Shown: in pieces, positions 54,701-64,000 of the stretch | Layout of the letters: the number at the start of each line of letters is the position of its first letter | How positions within the stretch are numbered: the first letter of the stretch is position 1 | Source of the DNA: Phoronis australis | Taxonomy: Eukaryota; Animalia; Phoronida | NCBI GenBank assembly: GCA_002633005.1 | Contig: NMRA01000718.1 | Location: 106,552 to 170,551 of the forward strand | DNA: 64,000 nucleotides | Reading direction: 5' to 3' | Notes under the pieces: model-generated | Database searches by the model: none | What the model was told of the DNA's origin: nothing | Seen by the model: the letters and a program-made list of their open reading frames with translations, nothing else | Position numbers and translations under genes: made by a program

Positions 54701-57700
54701 ACCCTCTTTCGTTTGACTAATATACTGAATAATTATATAAATAACAGAGGTAGACATAAAAACAAATTTAGACAAGCTGATGAGCTACTAACATAGCTGA
54801 CTCAAGGGTCGTAAGCAGTGAGGTCCACTGAGATTTGAACCCATGACCTCGAGAACAGGAGGCGAGCACTTAACTCAGTAGGACACAAGTATACTCTTCG
54901 TCCTCGTATCCACTCTTAGTCATCAGATACAAAACCCAGTCAACACCAAAAATGAGTAACAGTTGCTGGAGACCACAATATGCATAAATGCTTGACAAGC
55001 AGTCAACTCACAAGCTTTTAAATCATCAGTTGCAAAGGTGTCATAATTTAATCTTGGAATTAAATCAGAAAAAAATAGCCTTACTGAAATTTACGCGTCT
55101 TGGAAGTTTACGAAATCCTAAAGGAAATGCAGTGCTGACAAACTTAATACCTCTGAGCACCAGTACCATCTAAGTGGTTCATTACACACCTGTATAATCA
55201 GCAAAGGTAATCACTGCCACCTTCCCATTTTGATGTAAAACGACATTTTCAACCTCTTCTCCTCCACTTTTCCGTGTGTTTTCAAAGTAATTCTCCAGAG
55301 TGTCACCTGTACAGTTGGGGGGAAGGTCGTGAACTTGAATTGAGTCCGTCCGATAAACAGGCTCAACCTGGAGATACACATTTTCCAATGGCTTTTTCTT
55401 GGTGGCTTCTTGTAGCTTTTTGATGTCTAAATGAAAGGTAAACATCTTAAATATGATTCGGTTTTTGCTGTATTCATTGTTGATGGACATACGGGTACTT
55501 ACTGCAAGTCTGACAGAAATGCAAATCGAACGAGTGTGGATGAGTTTATGGAAGTCCTTTCCCATACCCTTTCTTCTACTCCTTTTATATCATTAGGTTA
55601 AATTCACGCTTAAATGATCTGCTTTTTCTTTGAAGGAATGTCTGTTTCCCACCACACCATCAAAATGTCCCACATTGCATGGCAAAGTAGACTTATTGTG
55701 ATTATTATTGTTAATACCACATTTGACAAAAATTCAAACAAGAGCAGCACCGAGCCTTGAAATGCACCCACGAATACACTGCAAACTGTGTTCTTCCAGG
55801 GTGTTTAATTGCATCACAAAAATAGCCATGCACTGGATTGAGCACAATATTCTGAATCCATCAAAATAACAGGACAATGTCACCGTTATTAAACAGAAAG
55901 CTATTTACCACATTTAATGAAAATCCATCAAGGAACTTAAAGTTTAGAGAAACAGACTGAGCAAAATAGAAACAAGAGCAACGTGGAGCGTTGAAATGCG
56001 CCCACAAATGCATTGCAAATGGTGTGCTTTTAGGGTTATTTATTTGTATCATAAAAATGGCCACTAGATGGCGCAAAAATATACAGTCCATTCAAAAACG
56101 GGAACATGCCATATGTCATAAAAATCTGTCAAGGAACTTAAGAGAAACAAAGGAAAACAGAATAAAATGAAGTTGCCACTAGTGGGCACAGCGTCCATTG
56201 GATCCGCCTGAAAATCGTCGCCGTCTGTTGTTATCTTCATATAAAAACTACACATACTAAATTTAGTAAAGATCCTGCTATGGGTTTAGGATATACAACT
56301 ATGGGCGTGAAACAAAACTACTAGGAGGCGCCACAGTAGTCAGTCACCACCATCAAAGGTCATCTTCACACTGAGAACATATATGCCAATTTTCAAATGA
56401 TTTGGTTAATACAGGGATGGACACCAAAACAAACGGCAAAAAATGGCCACTAGGTGGTGCAAAATACCTCGATTCCATCCAAAAATAGGAAGATAGCGTC
56501 ATTACACCAACAAATGCCTATATTTAAAATTTTATGAAAATCTGTTGAGGACCTTTGAAGATACCGACTAGAGTTAAATGTAAAAAAATTAAAATTGCCA
56601 GAAGGGGGCACAGAAGTAGTCAAATCTGTCCGAAAGTCGTCGTCATCCGTAGTCAACATCATATAAATACACTTGCTAAATTATGTAAAGATCCTGCGAA
56701 CGATTTAGGAGATACTGCACTAGGCGCAACAAAAACAAAACTGCCACCAGGAGGCGCCACAGTAGTCGAAATTGTCGGAAAACCATCGTCAATCGTCTTT
56801 TTCATGGTAAGCACATACATGCCAATTTTCACAATCATCCTTTGAGCGGTTTGGTTGATAGAGGGGTGGACGCAAAAAAAACAGACTCGAAAACAGTAAA
56901 AATGGCCACTAGGTGTCGCAAACTACGTCGCATCCATCCCAAAACGGGAGGATAGCGTCATCTCACTATTAGCTGCCTACATACCAAATTTCATGAAAAT
57001 TCGTTCAGGACTTCTGAATATACAAAGGTAAGCATAAAAAACTAAAATTGCCACTAGGGGCACACCGGTAGTCAGATCCGTCCGAAAGTTCGCTCATGCC
57101 ATCCCATTCATGAATGGAACATATGTGCCAAATTTCATGAACGTAAGTCGAAGGATTTTGGACATAGAGCAGCAGACGCCGGACCCCGGATGGACGCCGC
57201 CCAGAGGGACGGACGGACGGAGATGACGGCATAATGCGTCCACACATAAATATGTGGACGCATCAAAATGAAATTGCCTCTAGGGGGCAAAGCATTCGTC
57301 AGATCCATCTCAAAGATGTCGTCTTCCGTTGGCAACTTCATATTATGCATATACTTATTATAAATCTAAGTGCGCAAAAAACAAAACTGCCACTAGGAGG
57401 TGCCACAGCAAATGAAGTCGGAAAATCACCATCAACCGTCCTCTTCACACTAAGAACATATAAGCCAATTTTCCCAATCATCCTAAGAGTGGTTTGGTTG
57501 AGAGATGGGGGAGGCCAAAAACAGACAAGAAAACAGTAAAAAAGGCCACTAGATGGCGCAAAACATGTTGAATCCGTCTGAAAACTAGAAAATATCACCG
57601 TTTCTTTAAAAGAAGCTATTTACCATATTTCATGAAAATTCGACGAGGAACTTCAGAGAAACAGGAAAACCGAAAAAAAAAGGGAATTGCCACTGGGGGG

Positions 57701-60700
57701 CACAGTGTTCCTTGGATCTGTCTGAAAGTCATCGTCTTCCGTTGTTAACTTCATATATATATGTGCTAAATTTAAGATCCTGCAGAGGGCTTAGGAGATA
57801 CAAGTATGGGCGCAACAAACAAACAAAACTACCACTAGGACGCACCACAGTAGTTGAAATCGTCGGAAAATCATTGCCAACCGTGCTCTTCATAGCAAGA
57901 ACATACATCACGTTTTTCACAATCATCCTTAAAGTGGTATGGTTGACGGAGGGACGGACGCCAATGAACAAACAATAAAAATGGCCACTTAGGTGGCACA
58001 AAATACCTCGAATCCATCCAAAAAACGGGAGGATAGTGTCACCTCATATGTAGATGTCTAGGTGCCAAACGCTATGTGAATCCATTGAGGACCTTTGAAG
58101 ATACAGAGGTAAACGTACAAAAAATAAAATTGTCACTAGGGGGCACACTGGTAGTCCGATCTGTCCAAAAGTCGTCATCGTCTGTTGCCAACTTCATATA
58201 AATACATACATTTACTACATTTAATAAAGATCCTGTAAAGCATTTAGGAGATACAGCCATGGGCGTAAAAACAAACAAAACTGCCACAGGGGGGCGCTAC
58301 AGTAGTCAAAGTCGTCGGAAAATCATCGTCAACCGTCCTCATCATAGTAACAAGTCAACATACATGCCAATTTCATTATCATCCTTAGAGTAGTTTGGTT
58401 GATAGAGGGGTGGACGCCAAAAAATGGACTCAAAAATAGTAAAAATGGCCACTAGATGGTGCAAAATACTTCGAATCCATTCGAAAACGAGAGGATGCCT
58501 ATGTGCCAAATTTCATGAAAACTGGTTGAGGACCTTTGAAGATACAGAGGCAAACATAAAAAACTAAAATTGCCACTAGGGGGCACAGCGGTATTTGGGT
58601 CGGCCCAGAACTCGTCGCCCTCTGTCATCAACTCCATAGAAACACACCTGCCAAATTTCAGTAACATCCTCTAAGGGGTTTAGGAGATACAGCCATGGAC
58701 ACCGGAAGCCCAGACAGAAATGATGGAAATATGCACCTAGTACATAAATCAATATGTGGATGCATAAAAATGTCCTTAAGTTCATTTTTGGCATGTATAA
58801 ACAGATGTCCCATACTATATTTGGTTGGAACTTTTTCAATCCAGCTGTCTCATTTTTACATTTACGAAATAATGTAAGCTGAGCTTACATGTTCGCATTT
58901 ATAGTTCACGGACATGTACCTGGGGTAATATTCACAATATGATTAATTTATAAATAAGTGTATCGACAATAACCTCAGAACCACTTAAGATCATGCACCA
59001 CCCATTAACTTAATAACTGAATTGAAAAAATACATCAGAATGCAACAAATGAAAGTAACTGACTTCTGAACATTCACTTATAAGTATGAAATGAGCAGTG
59101 AACTTACCTGGACTCTGACTAAAGGTTGCGAATGCAATGCCTGGTGCTTGCCCATATCTGATTTCCACAACTTCGGATCCAGATTTACTTTCCAAATAGT
59201 TGACAAGTGAGTCACGGCTTGCACTTTCAGGTATACTGCACACCGCCACTTTGCAAAGATCTAAGGGTAACTTCTTTTTCGGTTGAACAAGTTCTACGTC
59301 GATGATAGAACCATTCAACTTGTGTTCAAATCTCTTCTGGTAAACCCTGTCAGCATCTAAAACCATAAAAAATTAGTGTAAAGAACCATACGCTAATAAC
59401 TCAAAGCCTTTAAATGTCAGCAGGCCACACTATACTATTTTGGGGAAATTGGCAAAATTCATTGAAAGCTATTACAGAAATAAAAATGTTACAACCACAG
59501 AGACACCAATCTGATAGTGCAAGCCGCCAATGTGGTCCAGTTACATAACTATACACAATCTTCTCACCTGACGCTTCAGCAAAGGTCACTAAAGCTGTTC
59601 TTTTGGCGTTGTCCAGTTCTATCCTTTCCACTTTTCCTCCACCAGATTTGCGTCTGTTTTCAAAATAATTTTCCAAATCATCATGCGATGTGTTCTCAGG
59701 TAACCTGCTGACTCCAATTGTTTTGACTGGAGGCTGCTCTTCTTCTTGTTCAGGGGGGGGTTGCGAATCCTCGTAAGTCCTAACTTGCTTGGATTTTGTG
59801 CCAACTGCAACAACATCCAGACTCACCGATTCCAACTTGATCGCCTTCTTTTGAAGAACGCGCTGTGCATCTACAAACATGTAGATACCAAGTTAACTAA
59901 CAGCCCAGAAAAAAACTATTCTGATTCTGACACCCAAAATATCCAATTCCATATTCATTATATAGTATCTTACAATTACCATCGGGGATAATTTCAGGCA
60001 TGATGTCTGCATCATTGGCTAATAAACAATTTTCATTAATGCACTGCGATTGCTTAAAGCTGCATTTTGCCCTTTTAATAAATTAGCTGATTTAAACTTA
60101 CACTTAGGCACCTTATTCTCATAAAACCGCTCTCATTACATCCCTTACCAGCAAGCATTGTTTCTTTAGAACAACAACTAAAGAAAACGCTTTGGTCAAC
60201 TCTAATGGATTACCTGTAACTTGGGTTGGTAAGAAATTAGAAGAATTCTATGTTATTATTGTAAATAGCAGTACATGAGCCGATATGAGAGAAAATAGTA
60301 TATTTTCCATTTCATGAAATAGCCACTAAAAATGGAAAAATGCACTTTTAGCTTGCATTAAAACTGTGTAGCAATCATACATTATTTTGTCTTGAATGAT
60401 ACGCAGTGCATTCAGATTCTAACAGAGTAAGTTGACCACAACAGTGTTAGTGATATGGAATGTGTCGAAATACAGATGCGTCGACTTAAGTGTTTGTAGT
60501 TGTTTAGACCTATCAGTAACTGCTTGCCAACACACTAAGTAGCAAGTGAAATCGCAGACAGCAAAATGTCACCACCTCAGAAAATCAAATGAAAAATGAC
60601 AGTAAATGCCCAAAGGTTATCAGTCCAAACTGAATTATAAATTTGAGGCCCTGGTGATTAATTGACAAAAAGTCATCTCTGGACCATGTAAGAATTAAGT

Positions 60701-62712
60701 TATCTTGCTAAAAATTCAAAGCATAGGAACTGCTCACAACTGAAATGCAAGAGTGATTGTCGTAGTGTCTCTGGTACCACATGCAGCATAAAGAACAGTC
60801 GTCAACTGATGAGCTATCGCATTCAGTAGGCTAAAGATTGTTGTCACGAACTCTTCTAATGACTCTGTTACAGGACGTATCCAATGTCTCAGATGTAAGA
60901 CTTGTACAATGTCCCGGTCTTCGAAAACAGATTCTTGAAGTTGGTACGCCATTCAGAGAAGCAGTTCTGAGCAGCTTGCATCTTTCTAGCTCCAATTTGC
61001 AAATGCTATAATTTCTATGAATTTTTGCCATTATCTTTTCCTATATATATATTAATATGTATAGTTTGGTAGCAGCCCTTCATTCACACAAACTTCGTGT
61101 TTTCAACGTAGTCTGTATGTATGAAATTTAATGTAGTACAATTCATTCAGTTTTACACTTGTTTTGTAATTTAATTCTACCAAATATTTCCGCCTGGACC
61201 CACATCGAAAACAAGGAATTCACTGAAGAGTACCCCGCGAGTTTTAGCAAAACTTAACTAAATAAATTCATTTCCTGACACCTGATATAAGGTCTCTACT
61301 GTAACATACCATCAGACAAAGCATCGTCCATGGAGGTGTCTGGAGAACACAATTCCGTGGTGAGCACAGAGCCACCTAGTTGCAATTCAGGATAGTCAGC
61401 AACATTTCTGGCAACTAAATAGTAAAAAACAATACCGTCAGAATTACATGACAAAGACATTGAACAATTAAAGAAGCACTGCGTGCTAGAAAGCGAATAA
61501 CAAAGTACATGACTGTGTACAAATAGGCTTTAAATTATCTGCTATATTCTGTACCTTCTTCTGATCCATAGTCGACTACAGCCACAGTTCGCTTGTCGTT
61601 CACACGAACACTTTTAACGCAACTTCCACCACACTTCTTTGGGTTGTCAAAGAAAAGTTCTATAAGATCATTTGATGTCTTTGGGTTGAAGTTCGTTACG
61701 CGCACTGAGGTCATAGGTAATGTTTTAGTCAGGCTAGCACTTCCGTCAGAGGTAGGGCCATCATCCTCTGTATTCATTTGTTCTACCTCTTCGTCTGGAT
61801 TACATTGGACGACAGTTAACAAGGCTCCAAGGAGGACATGCTCCGGTCTTTCTGCAACTCGTTTTGCAACTAGAACCAGAAGTCATGATACAACTACTGC
61901 TAGATATAATCTACAACAGGTCAAAGTTGATGAAAAATTTGTTTAAGCTCCTATACATCAATTCACAGTTCAGTTATTAATGTTTTCACTATTCACCAGC
62001 TATTCCTTCGAACTAACTATGGCAACAAACTGATCAAAAGTCCGGCTGCTACCTAAAAATTAGCTGTCTGTGACTCCATAAATTGTTATTATCACCTCAA
62101 CAGCAATGTGTCATCTCATTGACGTGGGAATAATTATTAGTAACAAATTTTTCTTTGTAAAATTTGCATAGCTAAAAGCCATCAAACCTTCCACTGATCC
62201 AAAATCAATCACCGCTACAGTTTGTTCGGCGTTCATCCATTTGTTTTTAATGTCATCCCCATCTGATTTCTTTGCGCTTTCAAAATAAAGCTCCAGAGCT
62301 TCCAAAGTCGAGTCTTCATTCAGTCCAGTCACGCGAACACCTGTCCTTGGTTTCGGAACGTAGAGCTTCACTTTGAGTTTGTGACTCAGGATTGTGTGAT
62401 CAGCTCTGCTCAACACAGAATCGACGACTGAAATTAGTAGGTAGGCAAGTTAGGTATAGGCCTTCATATTAAATACTCAAAGTGAATAAAATGATACCAA
62501 ACATGTAAAATAACATTTTAACTTGTGACCTAGTCATTTTGACTTACCCCTTGGATCCTCAAATTCCATCAAAGCTTTCTTCTTGTTAGAATCCAACTGT
62601 AGACTCTTAAGGTTTCCGCCACCTGACTTTTTATTATTCTCAAAATACAGTTCAAGCATCTCCATAGAGAGAACTTCTCCAAATCCACTTACTTCAAGGA
62701 GACGGGGCATGC
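15642..62712 (-). CDS. PARP14: PARP14-like macrodomain-containing mono-ADP-ribosyltransferase (22 coding exons, ~2054 aa; 6 RRM-like, KH region, 3 Macro, WWE, PARP catalytic)
   Basis: Exons in transcript order: 62548-62712, 62188-62427, 61555-61869, 59568-59870, 59108-59356, 55190-55426, 52665-54374, 51563-52033, 51323-51438, 50596-50823, 45640-45858, 44958-45069, 42488-42640, 41551-41616, 37923-38090, 34491-34676, 33058-33293, 30260-30479, 29717-29896, 26498-26634, 20161-20338, 15642-15919. All have AG/GT boundaries and compatible phases. Motifs seen: LENYFEN-RKSGGG repeats, GDLT..NAAN..GGLAAAL, PAIGTG, LYHGT, GFNRSF, YGAGVYFA, YPEYLITF*. Further 5' exons outside the window cannot be excluded. 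Confidence 0.93.
17315..20106 (-). mobile_element. Cluster of Helentron-associated (HINE/DINE-1-like) elements with internal ~150-bp tandem repeats; inner copy at ~18153-18998
   Basis: Same repeat units (aaattgccactagggggcacag, aaagatcctgcag..tttaggagatac) as 48-49.7 kb and 55.7-58.8 kb; hairpin plus A-run termini at ~18970-18998 and ~20065-20106. Confidence 0.7.
20161..20338 (-). CDS. PARP14: PARP14-like exon 21 (PARP catalytic domain, HGT motif)
   Basis: IQRIQNLRLWKSY...NERTLYHGTSEDTIDKINRQGFNRSFCGKN. The ORF track shows a different frame here. Confidence 0.93.
20887..22379 (-). mobile_element. CATG-terminated TIR element, copy 1 (inverted, internally deleted)
   Basis: Termini catgtcctgaacacatccactaaa / tttagtgggaatgttcatagcatg; reverse complement of 24770-26469 and 34952-36695. 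Confidence 0.85.
24770..26469 (+). mobile_element. CATG-terminated TIR element, copy 2
   Basis: Colinear and highly similar to 34952-36695; ends ~28 nt from the exon-20 donor site. Confidence 0.85.
26498..26634 (-). CDS. PARP14: PARP14-like exon 20 (start of PARP catalytic domain)
   Basis: LPACWSNMTDNLLVVDLPQSSPEYAKVSVDF. Confidence 0.9.
27295..28969 (+). mobile_element. Non-autonomous Kolobok-like DNA transposon, copy 2
   Basis: TTAA|AAGAGAACGCCACCC ... GGGTGGCATGCTCCT|TTAA; THAP-like relic FLLPQESEMLRKWLRIVKNEMHAVNSKYEAVKHLRV. Confidence 0.75.
29717..29896 (-). CDS. PARP14: PARP14-like exon 19 (WWE domain)
   Basis: SWENYSKVANFVIEQAYLKK...KVKR. The W..W..E signature is completed with the previous exon. 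Confidence 0.9.
30260..30479 (-). CDS. PARP14: PARP14-like exon 18 (KH-like segment and WWE start)
   Basis: RIRIRGRNDKVLIAKSDIVSIL...VQWTFQDD. Confidence 0.87.
31562..32901. mobile_element. hAT-like non-autonomous element with a 5-bp target duplication
   Basis: taatg|CAGGGCTCGA ... TCGAGCCCTG|taatg with subterminal gcgacc/ggtcgc motifs. A second, decayed copy lies at ~47670-47988 plus 49713-50121. Confidence 0.75.
33058..33293 (-). CDS. PARP14: PARP14-like exon 17 (post-macro KH-like segment)
   Basis: LHLRIFGEDMQAIEKAISDIKQCC; phase 1-0. Confidence 0.87.
34491..34676 (-). CDS. PARP14: PARP14-like exon 16 (end of macrodomain 3)
   Basis: ARQLFDAIGSSAPQLDQLRSINIVIFQQHLVKSY. Confidence 0.87.
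34952..36695 (+). mobile_element. CATG-terminated TIR element, copy 3
   Basis: catgctatgaacattcccactaaa ... tttagtggatgtgttcacgacatg (~24-bp imperfect TIR). Confidence 0.85.
37923..38090 (-). CDS. PARP14: PARP14-like exon 15 (macrodomain 3)
   Basis: AITDAGSLSCQHIVHV...SLSMPAIGT. Confidence 0.9.
38405..39040. repeat. Diverged tandem duplication (~375-bp period), with the ggggctacggagaa motif recurring to ~39420
   Basis: acatact..cttaactatcatcag.gtcacatcac at 38408 and 38783; aaatctcacataacacagagg in both units. Confidence 0.75.
41551..41616 (-). CDS. PARP14: PARP14-like exon 14 (macrodomain 3)
   Basis: GEVSRAILKAGGQKIARECKRI; 66 nt; absent from the ORF track. Confidence 0.87.
42488..42640 (-). 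CDS. PARP14: PARP14-like exon 13 (start of macrodomain 3)
   Basis: KIGDILVRVFQGDITRQTTEAIVNPSNSRLDLNS; absent from the ORF track. Confidence 0.88.
42750..42800. repeat. (TA)n microsatellite
   Basis: Run of tatatatata followed by tatgta units. Confidence 0.85.
43156..43250 (+). mobile_element. tRNA-derived SINE head or tRNA pseudogene with a duplicated B-box
   Basis: A-box tggtgtagtgg and B-box ggttcgaaac; 22-bp perfect duplication tcgaaactcttgaggcccgggt. Confidence 0.65.
44958..45069 (-). CDS. PARP14: PARP14-like exon 12 (linker)
   Basis: AFETEMKRLSGCPKQMSRRHQRAKPKDMSDDNLQERA; phase 0-1; absent from the ORF track. Confidence 0.78.
45640..45858 (-). CDS. PARP14: PARP14-like exon 11 (macrodomain 2, C-terminal half)
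   Basis: SIAFPAIGTGNLGYQRDFVARVMFEE. Confidence 0.92.
46158..47400. mobile_element. TA-flanked TIR element (Tc1/mariner-like MITE) with subterminal short repeats
   Basis: ta|CAGTACAGCCACTGAATTATTAGACT ... AGTCTAAAAATTCAGTGGCTGTACTG|ta; repeated ccgtgag/ggcgtgag units near both ends. Confidence 0.8.
47987..49712 (-). mobile_element. Helentron-associated element (HINE) with a trimeric tandem array, inserted in an hAT-like element
   Basis: On the minus strand: TTTTT-ATGCGCCCACAT..ATGTGGACGCAT hairpin, GTCY-type microsatellite relic, tandem array, GTGGGCACAT subTIR, stem-loop, then TGTT. No TSD. Confidence 0.8.
50596..50823 (-). CDS. PARP14: PARP14-like exon 10 (macrodomain 2)
   Basis: AAVLVNTVGTDLDLCQGAVSKSLLKKAGQQLQVEC. 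Confidence 0.9.
51323..51438 (-). CDS. PARP14: PARP14-like exon 9 (linker and start of macrodomain 2)
   Basis: ETGAVSSEASVFKQVKPNELTTHSGVVIKMKKSQIANEK; phase 1-0 bridges its neighbours. Confidence 0.8.
51563..52033 (-). CDS. PARP14: PARP14-like exon 8 (macrodomain 1)
   Basis: TTGGGKLPCRNIVHVVGPSW...AIPAVGSGIFGVP. Confidence 0.93.
52665..54374 (-). CDS. PARP14: PARP14-like exon 7 (KH-like region and start of macrodomain 1)
   Basis: 1710-nt open exon ending IIQGDLTKHKADVIVNAANGELKNTGGLAAALVKQ. A large KH-encoding exon before Macro1 is typical of PARP14. Confidence 0.93.
54822..54885 (-). mobile_element. tRNA-derived SINE head remnant
   Basis: The minus strand reads ...gagttaagtgctcgcctcctgttctcgaggtcatgggttcaaatctcag, with a B-box-like ggttcaaatc. 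Confidence 0.5.
55190..55426 (-). CDS. PARP14: PARP14-like exon 6 (RRM-like repeat 6)
   Basis: IQVHDLPPNCTGDTLENYFENTRKSGGEEVENV; 237 nt, phase 1-1. Confidence 0.9.
55736..58770 (-). mobile_element. Nested HINEs (inner copy ~55970-57267 inside an outer copy)
   Basis: Two aacaagagca..tgaaatgc(a/g)cccac ends (55736, 55970) and two hairpin ends (atgcgtccacacataaatatgtggacgcat at 57234; second at ~58731-58770); (ggac)n microsatellite at ~57207. Confidence 0.82.
59108..59356 (-). CDS. PARP14: PARP14-like exon 5 (RRM-like repeat 5)
   Basis: VAVCSIPESASRDSLVNYLESKSGSEVVEIRYG; 249 nt, phase 1-1. Confidence 0.88.
59568..59870 (-). CDS. PARP14: PARP14-like exon 4 (RRM-like repeat 4)
   Basis: IGVSRLPENTSHDDLENYFENRRKSGGGKVERIEL; 303 nt, phase 1-1. 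Confidence 0.9.
61555..61869 (-). CDS. PARP14: PARP14-like exon 3 (RRM-like repeat 3)
   Basis: VRVTNFNPKTSNDLIELFFDNPKKCGGSCV; 315 nt, phase 1-1. Confidence 0.88.
62188..62427 (-). CDS. PARP14: PARP14-like exon 2 (RRM-like repeat 2)
   Basis: VRVTGLNEDSTLEALELYFESAKKSDGDDI; 240 nt, phase 1-1. Confidence 0.88.
62548..62712 (-). CDS. PARP14: PARP14-like exon 1 (RRM-like repeat 1, putative ATG at 62710)
   Basis: MPRLLEVSGFGEVLSMEMLELYFENNKKSGGGNLKSLQLDSNKKKALMEFEDPR; acceptor ttttctag, donor gtaagt. Confidence 0.85.
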
Positions 62713-64000
62713 CTAGAAAAATATTGTGCATGTAGGAAAGAGACACAACACTCAATGACATTTAACGAGCAATAATAGTAATGCACAGGGCTCAAAAGGT
62801 GCCAGACATCAAGTTTTTTAAAGAAGTATTCCTCCACAAACAACGTAGTGGAAAATCATCAGCTGATGGTGACGAGACTAGAACCATTCGAGAGCACCAA
62901 CAGAAAATAAAATTACAATACTCCACACAAAACATCAATCTTAATATATTGCTTCCCAGGGTGGAAGAGGGCATCAGTTAAAATCATACCATCACTGATG
63001 CTGTCTACGATAGGTAAATATATAGTGTATTACAAGACAGTATCTGAAATCTGCATTTTTGCAAAAATCTCACTGGATGAGCGAAGCCACATGGGCATTG
63101 CAAATTCTGAATAAAGTGACAAGGACAAACTTGGACCACCCAATTCAGAAATAATTGTCATTCACTGGAAAGAAAGAGGAAATGTGATTGCTTTTTTCCT
63201 GGAATACAATCATTACGTTAATCATTTTATCAAATCTGCTTTTGGCACTCACTGTAATTTCTCATTATTTAGCACAACATGGTCGACAAGGTTAGGCTAC
63301 TATTGTCACATTTCTCCACAAAAGATTAATTATTAAATAATATAATTTTAGTCTACCTGAGCATAATTTGTAGTGCGGAGATAAAGTAAAACAACATTTT
63401 GCAGTTTCCATTCTCTGCAGCAAGGTAAACTGCCTTTGAAAAATAGAGAAATGTCTAAGTTCATTTGGCAATAATTTCTGTACAGAATAAGTGGAGAGTT
63501 ATTGTACACCAAAAGTTGTGTTCCTGACAGACCTATAAGATTAAACTTCGAAATGCCCTCACTCACACTACAAACTCTGCAGATAAGTGCGCATCAGTGC
63601 ATCGTTGGGAATACTGGGTACTTTCATTGCCTTAGTTTTACTCTCATAAGAGCACATCTGGTCATGAATCAGTCATATGATAGCTAAGTCCACTGAATTT
63701 GAGGCTACGAAAAAAACCCAAGTTGGTCTTGCATCAGTTTTAAAGTTTGTCTTAGATAATTGTAAGGTACACGAATAAGCCATAAAATATAATTACTAAA
63801 ACTGCTGTTTTACTTGATGCCTAGCTGACTGTGTGAATTAAATGCATCGATAACACTGTGTGGCTGCAGATTCATGTCATTGCTTGTGGAGCGTGTGCTG
63901 CAGAAATTGGATTCAAAGCAAGCACAAGTTGTAACTTAATTAATATGCTACTATTTCTGAATTGTGTGGATATTTGTTTACAATAAAGACAAATTCACAC

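Noticed and set aside
54776-54815. ctgatgag-cta..tagc as a possible hammerhead ribozyme (similar cores at 6055-6070, 27813 and 60806)
   Set aside because: There is no correctly placed GAAA after stem II, and stems I and III could not be built.
55736-58770. Regularly spaced conserved motifs resembling a CRISPR array
   Set aside because: The spacers are homologous to each other, there are no cas genes, and the context is a eukaryotic intron. This is a transposon-internal tandem array.
60734-61031. Short minus-strand ORFs in intron 3 as additional RRM exons
   Set aside because: They lack the YFEN/SGG motif and phase-1 splice boundaries.

Overview
This is AT-rich, intron-containing animal genomic DNA, probably from a marine invertebrate (the taxon is an inference). 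A PARP14-like macrodomain mono-ADP-ribosyltransferase gene on the minus strand dominates the window (15642-62712). I assembled it by hand into 22 GT-AG exons with compatible phases, giving about 2054 aa: six RRM-like repeats, a KH-type region, three macrodomains, a KH-like segment, WWE and an ART domain with an H-Y-I triad. Two plus-strand exons of an HtrA-family serine protease (4258-4742) lack the PDZ ligand-binding loop and may be a gene fragment. The rest is mobile-element debris: a decayed L1/Tx1-type LINE with a MITE inserted in it, two inverted Kolobok-like TTAA elements with THAP-domain relics, three copies of a CATG-ended TIR element, hAT-like and Tc1/mariner-like MITEs, tRNA-derived SINE heads, a CCTATAGG foldback, and self-nested Helentron-type HINEs. 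The internal tandem arrays of the HINEs carry dozens of co-oriented CTCF-like motifs. No prokaryotic-type systems were seen. All coordinates and translations were read by eye and not checked computationally.
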